DNA of 64,000 bases from Basidiobolus meristosporus CBS 931.73 (lineage: Eukaryota > Fungi > Basidiobolomycota), in NCBI GenBank assembly GCA_002104905.1, contig MCFE01000051.1:1-64000 (forward strand). The letters are read 5' to 3'. Each line of letters opens with the position of its first letter. Within the stretch, counting starts at the first letter, position 1. Below, one piece after another: positions 63,901-64,000 of the stretch. The notes under the pieces are model-generated. The model was not told the origin of the DNA, made no database searches, and saw nothing but the letters and a program-made list of their open reading frames with translations. Made by a program: the position numbers and the translations under genes.

Positions 63901-64000
63901 TAGAATAAGGAACAGTCTGAGTCCTTTGATTCTACCAAGAAATCCTTCCTGTGTGCCCCATTGCTTGTCCACCCCAACTTTGAGAGTCCTTTCATCATAG
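60940..64000 (+). mobile_element. Degenerate Ty3/gypsy element (LTR/leader, gag with zinc knuckle, protease, RT, start of RNase H); runs off the window
   Basis: Gag TALKWFSPL...LQQG, DDHMQID, CLYCGQPGHFTKSCP; RT KVFTKTDLRGAYNLVRI..G.E.KTAFRTRYG.FEY...GLTNAP; YLDD decayed to HPDD. Left boundary approximate. Confidence 0.92.

Overview
Intron-rich eukaryotic (fungal) DNA, most consistent with an early-diverging fungus (Zoopagomycota/Mucoromycota-like; this is an inference from gene content and intron density). Bases 1-48.6 kb are a compact, gene-dense block of about 22 genes: DHHC palmitoyltransferase, Pro-rich DM9 protein, FKBP12, aladin, a bZIP factor, URM1, 3-oxoacyl-ACP reductase, a Zn-ribbon protein, RPS18, HAUS6, TFC4, a UPF0658-like membrane protein, a DnaJ protein, RSM19, GDP-fucose synthase, RPL19, a hidden 54-aa microprotein, a PPR protein, a Myb+WD40 (Raf1/Dos1-like) protein, a class V myosin-chitin synthase and a DUF726 protein. 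From about 49.95 kb to the end is a nested, decayed transposon cluster (Ty1/copia, Ty3/gypsy, CACTA) that has lost almost all CpG. The best hidden feature is at 6.9-7.64 kb: an apparently non-coding, 4-exon host gene whose three introns each carry a near-identical copy of the same dual-guide C/D snoRNA (snR60/U80 family), resembling vertebrate GAS5. Other highlights: the few surviving CpGs in the transposon block are mostly in CCG/CGG context, and two otherwise intact genes carry single +1 frameshifts. Exon boundaries were read by hand, and protein family calls rest on remembered motifs, not database searches.
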